From an uncultured Bacilli bacterium (lineage in GTDB: Bacteria; Bacillota_I; Bacilli_A; RF39; UBA660), in assembly GCA_944373145.1 (NCBI GenBank), contig CALWAL010000002.1, forward strand, positions 86,282-150,281: a stretch of DNA of 64,000 nt, given 5' to 3'. How positions within the stretch are numbered: position 1 is the first letter of the stretch; the number at the start of each line of letters is the position of its first letter. Below, one piece after another: positions 20,752 through 30,936 of this stretch. The notes below the pieces were generated by a model that had not been told where the DNA came from, made no database searches, and was given only the letters and a program-made list of their open reading frames with translations. A program made the position numbers and the translations under genes.

Positions 20752-21185
20752 AAATCATTTTATTAGAAGATGTTAGAAAGCAAGGTAAAAAGGGTGATAT
20801 TCTTGAGGTTAAAGATGGCTATGCTAATTTCTTAATTAAGAATAAACAAGCGGTAGTAGCTACTGCAGGAAGTATAAATCGTTTAAATAAAGAGAACGAA
20901 CAAAAAGCACAGGAACTTGCTAATGACATTAAAGAAGCTGAAAAATTAAAAGGTAAATTAGAAAAAACTAGCTTATCGTTTGTTGTTAAAACAGGTGAAG
21001 GTGACCGTGTTTTTGGAAGTGTTAGTCCAAAGCAAATTGCTGAAAGTTTAAAAGAGCAAGGATTCATGATTGATAAGAAACAAATTAAACCAACTACTAG
21101 CTTATCATCATTAGGTTATCATAATGTTGATATTGAGTTACATAAAAAAGTAACAGCAACAATTAAAATATTATTACAAAAATAA
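20748..21185 (+). CDS. rplI: 50S ribosomal protein L9
   Basis: MKIILLEDV…GKKGDI…VKDGYA N-terminus typical of L9. Confidence 0.9.
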   Translation: MKIILLEDVRKQGKKGDILEVKDGYANFLIKNKQAVVATAGSINRLNKENEQKAQELANDIKEAEKLKGKLEKTSLSFVVKTGEGDRVFGSVSPKQIAESLKEQGFMIDKKQIKPTTSLSSLGYHNVDIELHKKVTATIKILLQK

Positions 21186-21199
21186 AGGTAGGTGGATTT

Positions 21200-22543
21200 A
21201 TGCCTGAAAGAATAATACCGCATAGTAAAGAAGCTGAACAATCAGTTATTGGATCGATGTTTTTAACTAAAAAGGCTTTGCAAAAAGCTTTAGAAATGTT
21301 AATGCCCGATGATTTTTATTTAGATGCTCACAACAAGATATTTACTTGTATAAAAACAATTGATGATCAAAAAAGACCAGTTGATTTAACTACTGTTTCT
21401 GAGGAATTAAGTGTTAGAGGGTGGTTAAAACAAGTAGGTGATATTGAGTATTTAGCGGAAATTATCAATAATGTTCCAACGACAGCTAATATAGATGAAT
21501 ATATTAAAATTGTATCGGAAAAGTCGTTACTTCGTCAATTAATTGATGAAGCTACAGAAATTGTCCAAGAAAGTTATAAGATTGGGGGAAATATTGGCGA
21601 TTTTTTATATGCTTCACAAAAGAAAATTGCTGATGTATCACAGGGATTAAGAACAGTCGAATTTAAACCTATTCAAACTGTTTTAACAAAGACACAATCA
21701 GATTTAGAAGCTTTAGCATCCAATAAGGGCGATATTACTGGCATTCCAACGGGATATTATGATTTAGATAAAATTACATCTGGGTTTCATCCTCATGAAT
21801 TGATTATTATTGCGGCTCGTCCAGGTATGGGAAAAACGGCAATTGCTCTTAATATGGTAACTAACATTGCAATAAATGCAAAAAAAACAGTAGCCTTATT
21901 TAATATGGAAATGGGAGCGGAACAATTAGTTACAAGAATGCTATCGTCAGTTGGTCAAATTGATGGTAATAAGTTAAAAACAGGTAATTTAGAACATAAT
22001 GATTGGAAGCGGATTAATGAAGCTATTAGCCGACTTTCAGATACTAAAATATTTATTGATGATACGGCAGGTCAGACCGTAGCGGAAATTCGTTCTAAAT
22101 GCCGTCGTTTAAAGAGCTCTCCAAATGGTCTTGATATTGTTGTGATTGATTATTTAACCTTAATTCAAAGTGCAAATAAGGGTGGCTCAACTGGGCAAAA
22201 TAGACAGCAAGAAGTAGCTGATATTTCAAGAGCTTTAAAAACAATGGCTATGGAATTAGACGTTCCTGTTATTGCGTTATCTCAATTATCACGTGGTATT
22301 GAACAACGTACTGATAAAAAACCTATGCTAAGTGATTTAAGAGAATCAGGAGCAATAGAGCAAGATGCTGATATTGTCGCGTTTTTGCACTGTACTGACG
22401 AAGAAAGAGAAAAGGAAGATAGTTTAATGGAATTTGTTATTAGAAAACATCGTAACGGTCCATTAATGGATATCCCACTTATTTTTAAGCGTGCAACAAG
22501 TAGTTTTGTTAATGTTGCCACCAATGGTATATCTGAGGAATAG
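21200..22543 (+). CDS. dnaB: Replicative DNA helicase (DnaB-type; dnaC in B. subtilis nomenclature)
   Basis: N-terminal PHSKEAEQSVIGSM, Walker A ARPGMGKTA, RecA-like core. Confidence 0.95.
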   Translation: MPERIIPHSKEAEQSVIGSMFLTKKALQKALEMLMPDDFYLDAHNKIFTCIKTIDDQKRPVDLTTVSEELSVRGWLKQVGDIEYLAEIINNVPTTANIDEYIKIVSEKSLLRQLIDEATEIVQESYKIGGNIGDFLYASQKKIADVSQGLRTVEFKPIQTVLTKTQSDLEALASNKGDITGIPTGYYDLDKITSGFHPHELIIIAARPGMGKTAIALNMVTNIAINAKKTVALFNMEMGAEQLVTRMLSSVGQIDGNKLKTGNLEHNDWKRINEAISRLSDTKIFIDDTAGQTVAEIRSKCRRLKSSPNGLDIVVIDYLTLIQSANKGGSTGQNRQQEVADISRALKTMAMELDVPVIALSQLSRGIEQRTDKKPMLSDLRESGAIEQDADIVAFLHCTDEEREKEDSLMEFVIRKHRNGPLMDIPLIFKRATSSFVNVATNGISEE

Positions 22544-22552
22544 GGTGATGAA

Positions 22553-24550
22553 GTGAAAAAAATATTAGGAATCATATGCATCGTATTATGTGGTGCTTTT
22601 GTTTTATATTTACAATTTAGTTATAAGCCAAAGGCAAAACCTGGTACTTATTATCAAGTTTATTTAGATGACAAAGTAATTGGTGTTATAAAGTCAAAAG
22701 ATGAATTTTATGAACATGTATCAGAACAAGGTGAATTAATAAAAAAACAAGTTCAAGAATATATTGATAATGATAATGTATTAGAAGCCATTGATAATTT
22801 GATTAATGAAAAAATAGTAAACACTAATTTAAAAAAACAATATCTTAATTATCGTAAACAATATAAGGAATTATCACAATATGTTAAGACAAATGGTTCT
22901 TTTTCTTCTGAAAATAGAGAAAAAGTTGAAACATTATTAAACTCATTTGCTCCTGAATATTTAAATAATGTTTATATTAATGAAGAAAATATTTCAAATT
23001 ATAAAGGTTTTTTATCTAAGTTAGAAGACTATTTTAATACGACTAAAGCTACATATATTAAATATATAATTGAAAATGTAAGCGATTTGAACTTAAGTGA
23101 GAATGATACTTATTATTTAGATATTTATACCAAAGATGAAGAATTACAAAATGTAAGTTATATTCGCCAATTATATATGGAAGAATATATTGAAGAAAAT
23201 GAAATTTATGTAGAAGTCGAAGATATTTATACGCCTTTGGGCGTAAGGGTACAAAAATTAAATAGTTATGTAGCTGATGTATCAACTGTTGATGAGGTAT
23301 ATCGTAAAATAATTGATCAAAAACCAAATACAATTGAGGGTTATCAATTTAGAATTAAAAAAACGCCAACGCAGACCTTATCTTATTTTGCAGCTGTAGG
23401 CGGTGTTTTAGTTGACGATTATAAAGAGATAACTTCGGTTGCTGATGAAGATGTTATTATTTATGTAACTTCTCCTGAAGTTTTTAAAGAAGCTGTTGAA
23501 AAATTAGAGTATGTTTTTGTTGATGAAGATGTATTGGAAGCATACCGGGCTGGTAATCAAAAAGAGATTGAAACAGAAGGATCGATTATTGCTGATATTT
23601 ATGTAGAAGAAGATATAACTTATAAAGAAGATAATATTTCAGTAAGTGAGCGTATTTTTAGCGAACCAACCGAATTATCTAATTATTTGTTATATGGTGA
23701 AAACATGGATGTTAGAACAGTTAAAGCAACTGCTGATACGTCAAATATTGAAGATTTAACTAATAAATATGAAATAAGTGTTGAAGAATTTTTCTTATCA
23801 AATCCTAAGTTTACAAGTATCAATAATATTTTCTATATTGGTGAAGAATTAACTATCGCCAAAACAGATCCTAAAATAAATATTGTTGTAGAGCAATATG
23901 TTGTAGAAGATATGCCGGTTGAATATGAGACTATCGAACAATATGATAGTTCTATTAATCAAGGTATGGAAGTTGTTAAACAAAATGGTAAAGATGGTAT
24001 GAATCGTGTTGGTCAAAATGTTCGCAGTGTTAATGGTACAATTACTTATGTTGAACCAGTTAGCAGTGTCTCAATCGTTGAACCAAGAGATAGAATTATT
24101 GCTATTGGGACTAAAGTTATTCCAAATGTTGGTAGTCTATCAAGTTGGGGTTGGCCAACTAAAAAAGGCTATCGTATTTCTTCATATTTTGGTTGGCGTA
24201 CTAGTCCAATTACTGGTGGCCGTGAACTGCACTCTGGTATAGATATAGCCGGAACAGGTTTGGGTTCACCAGTATATGCTACTAATAATGGCACGATCAT
24301 GATTAAAGAATATAAATATTCATATGGAAATTATATTATTATTGACCATAATAATGGATATTATTCAACTTATGCACATATGAATGGCTTTGCAAAAGGT
24401 ATAAAAGAGGGAGCAACTGTATCGCGTGGACAAATTATTGGTTATGTTGGTTCAACTGGATATTCAACAGGACCGCATTTACACTTTGAGATTAGAACTT
24501 GTTCAAGGTATTCATGTGCGGTAAATCCTTTGCCATATTTGAGAAAATAA
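22553..24550 (+). CDS. Membrane-anchored LysM-G5-M23 peptidoglycan endopeptidase
   Basis: N-terminal TM helix; LysM-like segment (…EEFFLSNPKFTSINNIFYIGEELTIA); G5-like segment; C-terminal M23 HxxxD/HxH motifs (HSGIDIA, GPHLHFE). Confidence 0.75.
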   Translation: MKKILGIICIVLCGAFVLYLQFSYKPKAKPGTYYQVYLDDKVIGVIKSKDEFYEHVSEQGELIKKQVQEYIDNDNVLEAIDNLINEKIVNTNLKKQYLNYRKQYKELSQYVKTNGSFSSENREKVETLLNSFAPEYLNNVYINEENISNYKGFLSKLEDYFNTTKATYIKYIIENVSDLNLSENDTYYLDIYTKDEELQNVSYIRQLYMEEYIEENEIYVEVEDIYTPLGVRVQKLNSYVADVSTVDEVYRKIIDQKPNTIEGYQFRIKKTPTQTLSYFAAVGGVLVDDYKEITSVADEDVIIYVTSPEVFKEAVEKLEYVFVDEDVLEAYRAGNQKEIETEGSIIADIYVEEDITYKEDNISVSERIFSEPTELSNYLLYGENMDVRTVKATADTSNIEDLTNKYEISVEEFFLSNPKFTSINNIFYIGEELTIAKTDPKINIVVEQYVVEDMPVEYETIEQYDSSINQGMEVVKQNGKDGMNRVGQNVRSVNGTITYVEPVSSVSIVEPRDRIIAIGTKVIPNVGSLSSWGWPTKKGYRISSYFGWRTSPITGGRELHSGIDIAGTGLGSPVYATNNGTIMIKEYKYSYGNYIIIDHNNGYYSTYAHMNGFAKGIKEGATVSRGQIIGYVGSTGYSTGPHLHFEIRTCSRYSCAVNPLPYLRK

Positions 24551-25311
24551 TGAAGTTTATCATATTAGCTAGTGGAAGTAAGGGAAATTGTACTTATATT
24601 GAAACTAAAACCAAAAAAATTTTAATTGATATAGGTACAACTTCACTTCATATTGAAAAAAAATTACGTGAATATGCAATTGACCCTCATATGATTGATG
24701 CCATTTTTATAACTCACGCTCATACTGATCATGTATCAGGTTTAAGAGTATTTAGTAAGAAATATAGTCCAAGTATTTATATGACCGAAAAAATGGAAAA
24801 AGAAATAAATCTTTCAATTGAAAATGTTCATTACATAACATCTCCAGTTATTTTAGACGAGTTAAAAATTATACCTATTAAAATTTCTCACGATGTTAGT
24901 GATGCTAATGGCTATATTTTAGAAGATGATTTTTCATCATTAGTTTATATAACAGATACCGGTTATGTAAATGAAAAATATTATGAATTATTGAGTAATA
25001 AAAACGCTTATATATTTGAAAGTAATCATGATGTAGAAAAATTGATGAATAATCCTCATTATCCGCATCAGACAAAAATTAGAATTTTAAGTGATAGAGG
25101 GCATTTATCTAATGAGACCTCATCTTATTATTTAAGTAAACTTATAGGAGATCATACAAAGTATATTGTTTTAGCGCATTTAAGTGAAGAAAATAATACT
25201 CCAGAATTGGCAATTAAAACGTTGAAAGATACTTTATGTGAATGCAATATAGTATTTAACAACGTGCAAGCAGCTCCACAAGCTGGTCTTAGCGAGGTTT
25301 TTGAAGTATGA
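24550..25311 (+). CDS. MBL-fold metallo-hydrolase (WalJ/YycJ-like)
   Basis: HxHxDH motif (THAHTDHVSG); position just upstream of rlmH matches yycJ; start at the internal ATG (MKFIILASGSKGN). Confidence 0.8.
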   Translation: MKFIILASGSKGNCTYIETKTKKILIDIGTTSLHIEKKLREYAIDPHMIDAIFITHAHTDHVSGLRVFSKKYSPSIYMTEKMEKEINLSIENVHYITSPVILDELKIIPIKISHDVSDANGYILEDDFSSLVYITDTGYVNEKYYELLSNKNAYIFESNHDVEKLMNNPHYPHQTKIRILSDRGHLSNETSSYYLSKLIGDHTKYIVLAHLSEENNTPELAIKTLKDTLCECNIVFNNVQAAPQAGLSEVFEV

Positions 25312-25763
25312 TAAAAATTATTTGTGTTGGAAAATTAAAAGAAAAATATTGGCGAGCTGCGGTTTTAGAATATAGCAAGAGAATCAGTAGATATACTAAA
25401 TTAGAAATAATTGAATGTAGTGATTACAATGGTAATGATATAAATACTGTTTTAATTCACGAAAAAAATGAAATAATAAAACATATTAATAATCGAGATT
25501 ATATTATTACTTTAGAAATAGAAGGCGAACAGTTATCATCAACAGAGTTGGCTAGAAAAGTGGATTCTTTATTTCTTAATTATTCTAATTTAACCTTTAT
25601 TATTGGTGGCTCATATGGTATACATGAAGAAATTAAAAAAATGGCTAATTTTTCCTTATCTTTTTCTAAAATGACTTATCCACATCAAATGTTTAGAGTT
25701 ATGTTATTGGAACAAATTTATCGTTCATATAAAATATTAAATAATGAGTCATATCATAAATAA
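25308..25763 (+). CDS. rlmH: 23S rRNA (pseudouridine1915-N3)-methyltransferase RlmH
   Basis: SPOUT fold; N-terminal KIICVGKLKEKYW and C-terminal PHQMFRVMLLEQIYRSY conserved blocks. Confidence 0.9.
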   Translation: MIKIICVGKLKEKYWRAAVLEYSKRISRYTKLEIIECSDYNGNDINTVLIHEKNEIIKHINNRDYIITLEIEGEQLSSTELARKVDSLFLNYSNLTFIIGGSYGIHEEIKKMANFSLSFSKMTYPHQMFRVMLLEQIYRSYKILNNESYHK

Positions 25764-25833
25764 AAAATTACAGTAAAATGTAATTTTTTTGTATATAAAA
25801 AAAATAAACTACCATAATAAATTAGGTGATGAT

Positions 25834-26343
25834 ATGAAGAAGGCTATTTTTATATTTGGTATAATGCTTTTTTATTTAATATTAGGTAATGTTTCTGAAA
25901 ACAGTAATTTAATTCCGAAAGAAGCAATTCGAATTAGAGTTTTAGCTAATTCTAATAGTAGGGCGGATCAAGAAGAAAAGATGAAGGTTAAGGGAAAAGT
26001 CGAAAATTATTTATATAATAAACTAGCTTATGTTAATGATATTAATAGTGCTAATACTATTATAGAAAATAATCTTTTGGAGTTAGAAAATGTCATAGAA
26101 AATGTTTATGACGGAAATTTTACTATTAATTATGGAATGAATTATTTTCCTGAAAAGGAATATAAAGGTATTATATATGATGAGGGTTATTATAATTCTT
26201 TGGTTATAAGTTTAGGTAAAGGTTTAGGAGAAAATTGGTGGTGTGTTTTATTTCCACCTTTGTGTATGCTAGAAGGTAACGAAATGGATGATGTTGAATA
26301 TAGGTCTTTGGTTGGCGATCTTGTCAATCAATATTTAAAATAA
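25834..26343 (+). CDS. spoIIR: Stage II sporulation protein R-like protein
   Basis: Signal peptide, then IRIRVLANSNS and C-terminal NWWCVLFPPLC blocks characteristic of SpoIIR. Confidence 0.7.
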   Translation: MKKAIFIFGIMLFYLILGNVSENSNLIPKEAIRIRVLANSNSRADQEEKMKVKGKVENYLYNKLAYVNDINSANTIIENNLLELENVIENVYDGNFTINYGMNYFPEKEYKGIIYDEGYYNSLVISLGKGLGENWWCVLFPPLCMLEGNEMDDVEYRSLVGDLVNQYLK

Positions 26344-26520
26344 AAAAATTATAACTTTGGATAATGTTACAATAGGATCTCAAAAGATAAGATATAATTC
26401 TATTTAAAATGAATTAAGTTATAAATAATGTCAAATAGCTTGACATTATTTTGTGGATAATTGTCGAATTACTTGCCTTTTTAAAATGAGTTATAATATA
26501 ATTGAGATAGGTGATAATGG

Positions 26521-27381
26521 ATGTTAGAAAATATGAAAAATATGTTAAATTGTGCGAAAAATGGTAAGTATGCAGTAGCTCAATTTAATATTAATAATTT
26601 GGAGTGGACAAGATTTATTTTAGAAGAGTGTCAAGCCAATAATAGCCCTGTAATTTTGGGTGTAAGCGAGGGTGCTGCTAGATATATGGGTGGATATAAA
26701 ACTGTTTTTGGCCTTGTTAAGAACTTAATGGAATATTTAAATATCACTATTCCCGTTGCTCTTCATTTAGATCATGGTAGTAGTTATGAGGTTTGCGTAG
26801 AAGCTATCGATGCTGGTTTTACTTCTGTTATGATTGATGCTTCGAAGTATGATTTAGCAACTAATATTGAGATTACTAAAAAAGTTGTTGATTATGCTCA
26901 TCCACGCAATGTCACCGTGGAAGGTGAGATTGGTCATATCGGTGGTAATGAAGATGGTGTTAATGGAGGCATTTTGTATGCCGAAGTAAATGATTGTGTT
27001 GAATACTGTACAAAAACGGATTTAGACTTTTTAGCACCTGCTTTAGGTAGTGTTCATGGGCCTTATAAAGGAGAACCAGTTTTAGCTTTTGATCGTATGT
27101 CAGAAATTAAAGAAAAAACTAATCTACCTTTGGTGTTACACGGAGGATCTGGAATATATGATGACCAAATTCGTCAAGCAATTGAGTGTGGTATTTGTAA
27201 ATTAAATATTAATACAGAATTACAACAAGCATGGACGTTAGGCGTTCGCGAAAAATTAAATACCGATGCTAATGTATATGATCCTCGCAAAGTAATTAAA
27301 GCCGGCGAAGCCAATATCAAACAGGCAATTAAAGCAAAATTAGAATTATTAAAAACAATTAATATTGCGTCTAATAATTAA
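26521..27381 (+). CDS. fba: Class II fructose-bisphosphate aldolase
   Basis: N-terminal NGKYAVAQFNINN; metal-binding His residues (LHLDHG, GHIGG…, LHGGSG). Confidence 0.9.
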   Translation: MLENMKNMLNCAKNGKYAVAQFNINNLEWTRFILEECQANNSPVILGVSEGAARYMGGYKTVFGLVKNLMEYLNITIPVALHLDHGSSYEVCVEAIDAGFTSVMIDASKYDLATNIEITKKVVDYAHPRNVTVEGEIGHIGGNEDGVNGGILYAEVNDCVEYCTKTDLDFLAPALGSVHGPYKGEPVLAFDRMSEIKEKTNLPLVLHGGSGIYDDQIRQAIECGICKLNINTELQQAWTLGVREKLNTDANVYDPRKVIKAGEANIKQAIKAKLELLKTINIASNN

Positions 27382-27426
27382 TTAACACATCTGGGTGTTT
27401 AACATATAGTAGTATTGGAGGTAAAC

Positions 27427-28680
27427 ATGAAAAAAATAAAAATAGAAGGTGGGCATAAGCTAACAGGTAGCATTCAAATTAGTGGTGCTAAAAATAGTGC
27501 AGTTGCACTCGTACCAGCATCATTGTTATCTGACGGAATTGTTACGATTGACAATATACCTAATATTTCAGATATTGATGCTTTAAACGAAATTTTAGAA
27601 TATCTAGGTGCTAAGGTGTCAAGAGATGGATTAGTAATGAAAATTGATTCTTCAAGTATTGTAAATAAAGAAATACCAGAAGACATATCTAAAAAATTAA
27701 GAGCATCTTATTATTTTATGTCATCTTTACTAGGTAAGTATAAAAAAGTTGAAATGTATTTTCCGGGTGGTTGTTCAATCGGCGCTAGACCAATTGATCA
27801 AACTTTAAAAGGGTACCGAGCTTTAGGTGCAACAGTTGTTGAAGATGGGAATAAGTATACAATTTTTGCGGATGAGTTAAAAGGAGCCGAAGTATATTTA
27901 GATATGCCAAGTGTTGGAGCTACCGTTAATACAATATTAGTGGCTGTTAAAGCTAAAGGTGTAACAGTTATTGAAAACGCGGCTAAAGAGCCAGAAATAG
28001 TTAATGTAGCAACTTTCCTAAATAATATGGGTGCTAAAATAACAGGTGCGGGGACTAGTACGATTCGTATTACTGGTGTTGAACATTTAGGAAACTGTTA
28101 TATGGAAGTTATTCCTGATAGAATTGAAGCAGGTACTTATATTATTGCAGGGGCTTTAATGGGAGATAAATTAAGGATTGAAAATATTATTCCTGAACAT
28201 GTTGATTCATTAATTAATAAATTGAAAGAAATGGGAGTTTCCATAAAAGAAGAAGGGGATGCAGTTGAAGTAACTGCAGTAGATAATTTACAACCGGTTA
28301 ATGTTAAAACATTAGGATATCCAGGCTTTCCAACTGATTTACAACAACCATTAACCACATTATTAACACAATGTCATGGTCAATCAGTATTAGAAGAGAC
28401 TATTTATGAAAATCGTTTTCAAAATATTCCATATTTAAATGAAATGGGTGCTAAAATTGATATAAATCAGCGTAAAATCTATGTAAGTGGCCCTACATCT
28501 TTAGTTGGAAAAGAGGTCGTAGCTACTGATTTAAGAGCTGGAGCTTGTTTAGTTTTAGCTGGGTTAAAAGCAGAAGGCATAACTGTTATTGATAATGTGG
28601 AACATATTTTAAGGGGTTATGAGAATATTATTGGTAAATTAACTAGTGTGGGTGCTAAAATTGAAATTGAAGAAATATAA
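27427..28680 (+). CDS. murA: UDP-N-acetylglucosamine 1-carboxyvinyltransferase
   Basis: N-terminal MKKIKIEGG…GSIQISGAKNSA; active-site Cys in …PGGCSIGARPID…. Confidence 0.95.
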   Translation: MKKIKIEGGHKLTGSIQISGAKNSAVALVPASLLSDGIVTIDNIPNISDIDALNEILEYLGAKVSRDGLVMKIDSSSIVNKEIPEDISKKLRASYYFMSSLLGKYKKVEMYFPGGCSIGARPIDQTLKGYRALGATVVEDGNKYTIFADELKGAEVYLDMPSVGATVNTILVAVKAKGVTVIENAAKEPEIVNVATFLNNMGAKITGAGTSTIRITGVEHLGNCYMEVIPDRIEAGTYIIAGALMGDKLRIENIIPEHVDSLINKLKEMGVSIKEEGDAVEVTAVDNLQPVNVKTLGYPGFPTDLQQPLTTLLTQCHGQSVLEETIYENRFQNIPYLNEMGAKIDINQRKIYVSGPTSLVGKEVVATDLRAGACLVLAGLKAEGITVIDNVEHILRGYENIIGKLTSVGAKIEIEEI

Positions 28681-28715
28681 TAAAGTAGCTTAGGCTACTT
28701 TTTTGGTGGTGAAAA

Positions 28716-29153
28716 ATGAAAAAAATTTTTCTTCTAATGGTAATTATTTTGTTAGTGTTATTAATATATATTTTAGCGTATAAAAATAAAAAGTTATCTT
28801 TTGCAATTGGTGATAACAATAGTGATATTAATTATAATCCTAGTGATTACCGAATTACGGATATAATTATTGATATTGAAAATAATATAAATATTGGTAA
28901 TTATAAAATTCAGCATCTTTTAGTAAAAGCTACAACAATAAATATAAATTTAGATAAATATATATCTTCCAAAGATTATCAATCCATTATAAAACAAATC
29001 GACGATTTAGAATGTTTATATAAATTACTTAAGATATATAGTAAAGAAGAAATTAAGGTTAAACTTTTAAAAGGCAAGAATGATTTAATTGATTATGCAA
29101 ATCGAAAAATAATTGTACTATCAAAAAAATATGATATAATGATTGTGAGGTGA
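28716..29153 (+). CDS. Hypothetical membrane-anchored protein
   Basis: N-terminal TM helix (IFLLMVIILLVLLIYILAY), Asn/Ile-rich body; no recognised domain. Confidence 0.5.
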   Translation: MKKIFLLMVIILLVLLIYILAYKNKKLSFAIGDNNSDINYNPSDYRITDIIIDIENNINIGNYKIQHLLVKATTININLDKYISSKDYQSIIKQIDDLECLYKLLKIYSKEEIKVKLLKGKNDLIDYANRKIIVLSKKYDIMIVR

Positions 29154-29156
29154 ATT

Positions 29157-29795
29157 ATGGAAAGAGTTTTATCAAAAGTATTTATGTGGCTATTTATTGG
29201 CTTGGCTATTACTTTTGGCGTTGCTTATACGGTATCAACTAATGAAGTTTTATTATTAGAATTATTTGCAGGTGGTAAATATTTAATTTTATGTTTAGCT
29301 GAAATTGGTGTAGCAATTTTTTTAGGCGTTCGAATTCGTAAAATGTCAAAGATGACTGCCACAATTTGTTATTTGTTATATTCTATTTTGACCGGTTTAA
29401 CATTATCATCGATTTTTATTGTATATAGTTTAACATCAATTGTGTACGTTTTTGCAATAGCTGCGATTTTATTTTTGCTATTTGGCTTATTTGGATATTT
29501 TACTAAACTAGATTTATCAAAGTGGGGAACATATTTATTAATGGGTCTTTTAGCACTTTTATTATCTTATATTGTCAGCCTTTTCGTGGGAAATGAAACT
29601 TTTAATTTAGCACAAGCCGCAATTGGTATAGTTATTTTTTTAGGTTTTACTTCTTATGATATTCATGTTATTAAAAGAAATTTATATGGTATTGATGATG
29701 AAGATAAGCAAGCCGTATATGGCGCATTTCAATTATATTTAGATTTTATTAATATTTTTATTGATTTATTAAGATTATTTGGTAAAAGAGATTAG
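29157..29795 (+). CDS. Bax-inhibitor-1/YccA (TMBIM) family membrane protein
   Basis: ~212 aa with 7 predicted TM helices, typical BI-1 family length and topology. Confidence 0.7.
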   Translation: MERVLSKVFMWLFIGLAITFGVAYTVSTNEVLLLELFAGGKYLILCLAEIGVAIFLGVRIRKMSKMTATICYLLYSILTGLTLSSIFIVYSLTSIVYVFAIAAILFLLFGLFGYFTKLDLSKWGTYLLMGLLALLLSYIVSLFVGNETFNLAQAAIGIVIFLGFTSYDIHVIKRNLYGIDDEDKQAVYGAFQLYLDFINIFIDLLRLFGKRD

Positions 29796-29898
29796 TTAAT
29801 TCTAATCTTTTTAGTTGCATTTATTAAAAATATTTGTTACAATATGATGGTATCAAATTACTATGACTTATTGAAGTCATGGCGGAAGGAGAGAGAAA

Positions 29899-30123
29899 AT
29901 GAAAAAAGGTATTCATCCAAATTATGTGGAAACTAAAGTTACTTGTGCTTGTGGCAATACATTTACAGTAATGTCAAATAAAGAAAGTCTACATATTGAA
30001 GCATGTGATAAGTGCCATCCATTTTATAATGGAACTAAAGATAATGGTGGTGCTTCAAAAGCAGGACGTGTTGAAAAATTCAACCGTAAATATGGATTTA
30101 CTTCAGATAAAAAAAGTGCTTAG
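29899..30123 (+). CDS. rpmE: 50S ribosomal protein L31
   Basis: MKKGIHP…CxCGN…CDKCHPFY zinc-ribbon L31 signature. Confidence 0.9.
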   Translation: MKKGIHPNYVETKVTCACGNTFTVMSNKESLHIEACDKCHPFYNGTKDNGGASKAGRVEKFNRKYGFTSDKKSA

Positions 30124-30138
30124 TAGCACTTTTTTTGT
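30111..30138 (+). terminator. Intrinsic terminator after rpmE
   Basis: Stem aagtgct/agcactt with loop tagt, followed by T7. Confidence 0.65.
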
Positions 30139-30179
30139 ATGTTCAAACAATAAAAGGACATATTAGTAATGGTGATAAT

Positions 30180-30893
30180 ATGAATTTTGATAATTTTTTG
30201 CCCGTATTATATCGAAGTTTAATTTCTCTTTTTACGTTGTTTATTATTTGCAAGATAATTGGTAAAAAACAAATATCAGAATTGAGTATTTTTGACTATG
30301 TTATTGGAATATCGATTGGTAATTTTGCAGCAGAAATGACAATTAATTTAGAATCTCCTGAGTTTGACGGTATTTTAGCTGTGATTATTTTCGGCTTAGT
30401 AGCTTATTTGGTTTCTTATTTGAGTTTAAAGAGTATTTGGTTACGAAAATTTGTAATGGGGAAGCCTACCATTATTATTCAAGAAGGAAAGTTTATTAGA
30501 AAAAATATGAGCAAAGTTCGTTTGGATATGAACGATCTATTGGAGGAAGCAAGGATTAAAGGTTATTTTGATTTATCCGAAATACAGTACGGAATAATGG
30601 AAGCAAATGGAGAAATGAGCTTTTTACCGTACGCAAAGTATCAGCCAATTACTCGTGAAGATATGAATAAAAACATAAATTCCAATAGTTTAAATACTTC
30701 TGTTATTATAGATGGTAAAATTTTAAAAGATAATTTAAAGAAATTTAATAAGACGGAAGATTGGCTTTATAAAGAAATAAAAAAAGGAAAATATGAATTG
30801 AAAGATATTATGTTATGTACAATTGATTCTAATCAAAAATTGACATATTATTTGAATGGTGATAATTTAGAAACCTCTAATGTTTTAGAATAG
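30180..30893 (+). CDS. DUF421 (YetF-like) membrane protein
   Basis: N-terminal TM helices with SIFDYVIGISIGNFAAEM and a C-terminal soluble domain, typical of DUF421; start at the ATG after the terminator. Confidence 0.65.
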   Translation: MNFDNFLPVLYRSLISLFTLFIICKIIGKKQISELSIFDYVIGISIGNFAAEMTINLESPEFDGILAVIIFGLVAYLVSYLSLKSIWLRKFVMGKPTIIIQEGKFIRKNMSKVRLDMNDLLEEARIKGYFDLSEIQYGIMEANGEMSFLPYAKYQPITREDMNKNINSNSLNTSVIIDGKILKDNLKKFNKTEDWLYKEIKKGKYELKDIMLCTIDSNQKLTYYLNGDNLETSNVLE

Positions 30894-30936
30894 ACAATTA
30901 AAAAAAAGTTTGTTATAATTTCACTAGAGTGGTGAT

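Noticed and set aside
26452-26460. Perfect DnaA box (tgtggataa = TTATCCACA reverse complement) upstream of fba
   Set aside because: It is a single isolated box, not a cluster with an AT-rich DUE. oriC is expected upstream of the window near dnaA
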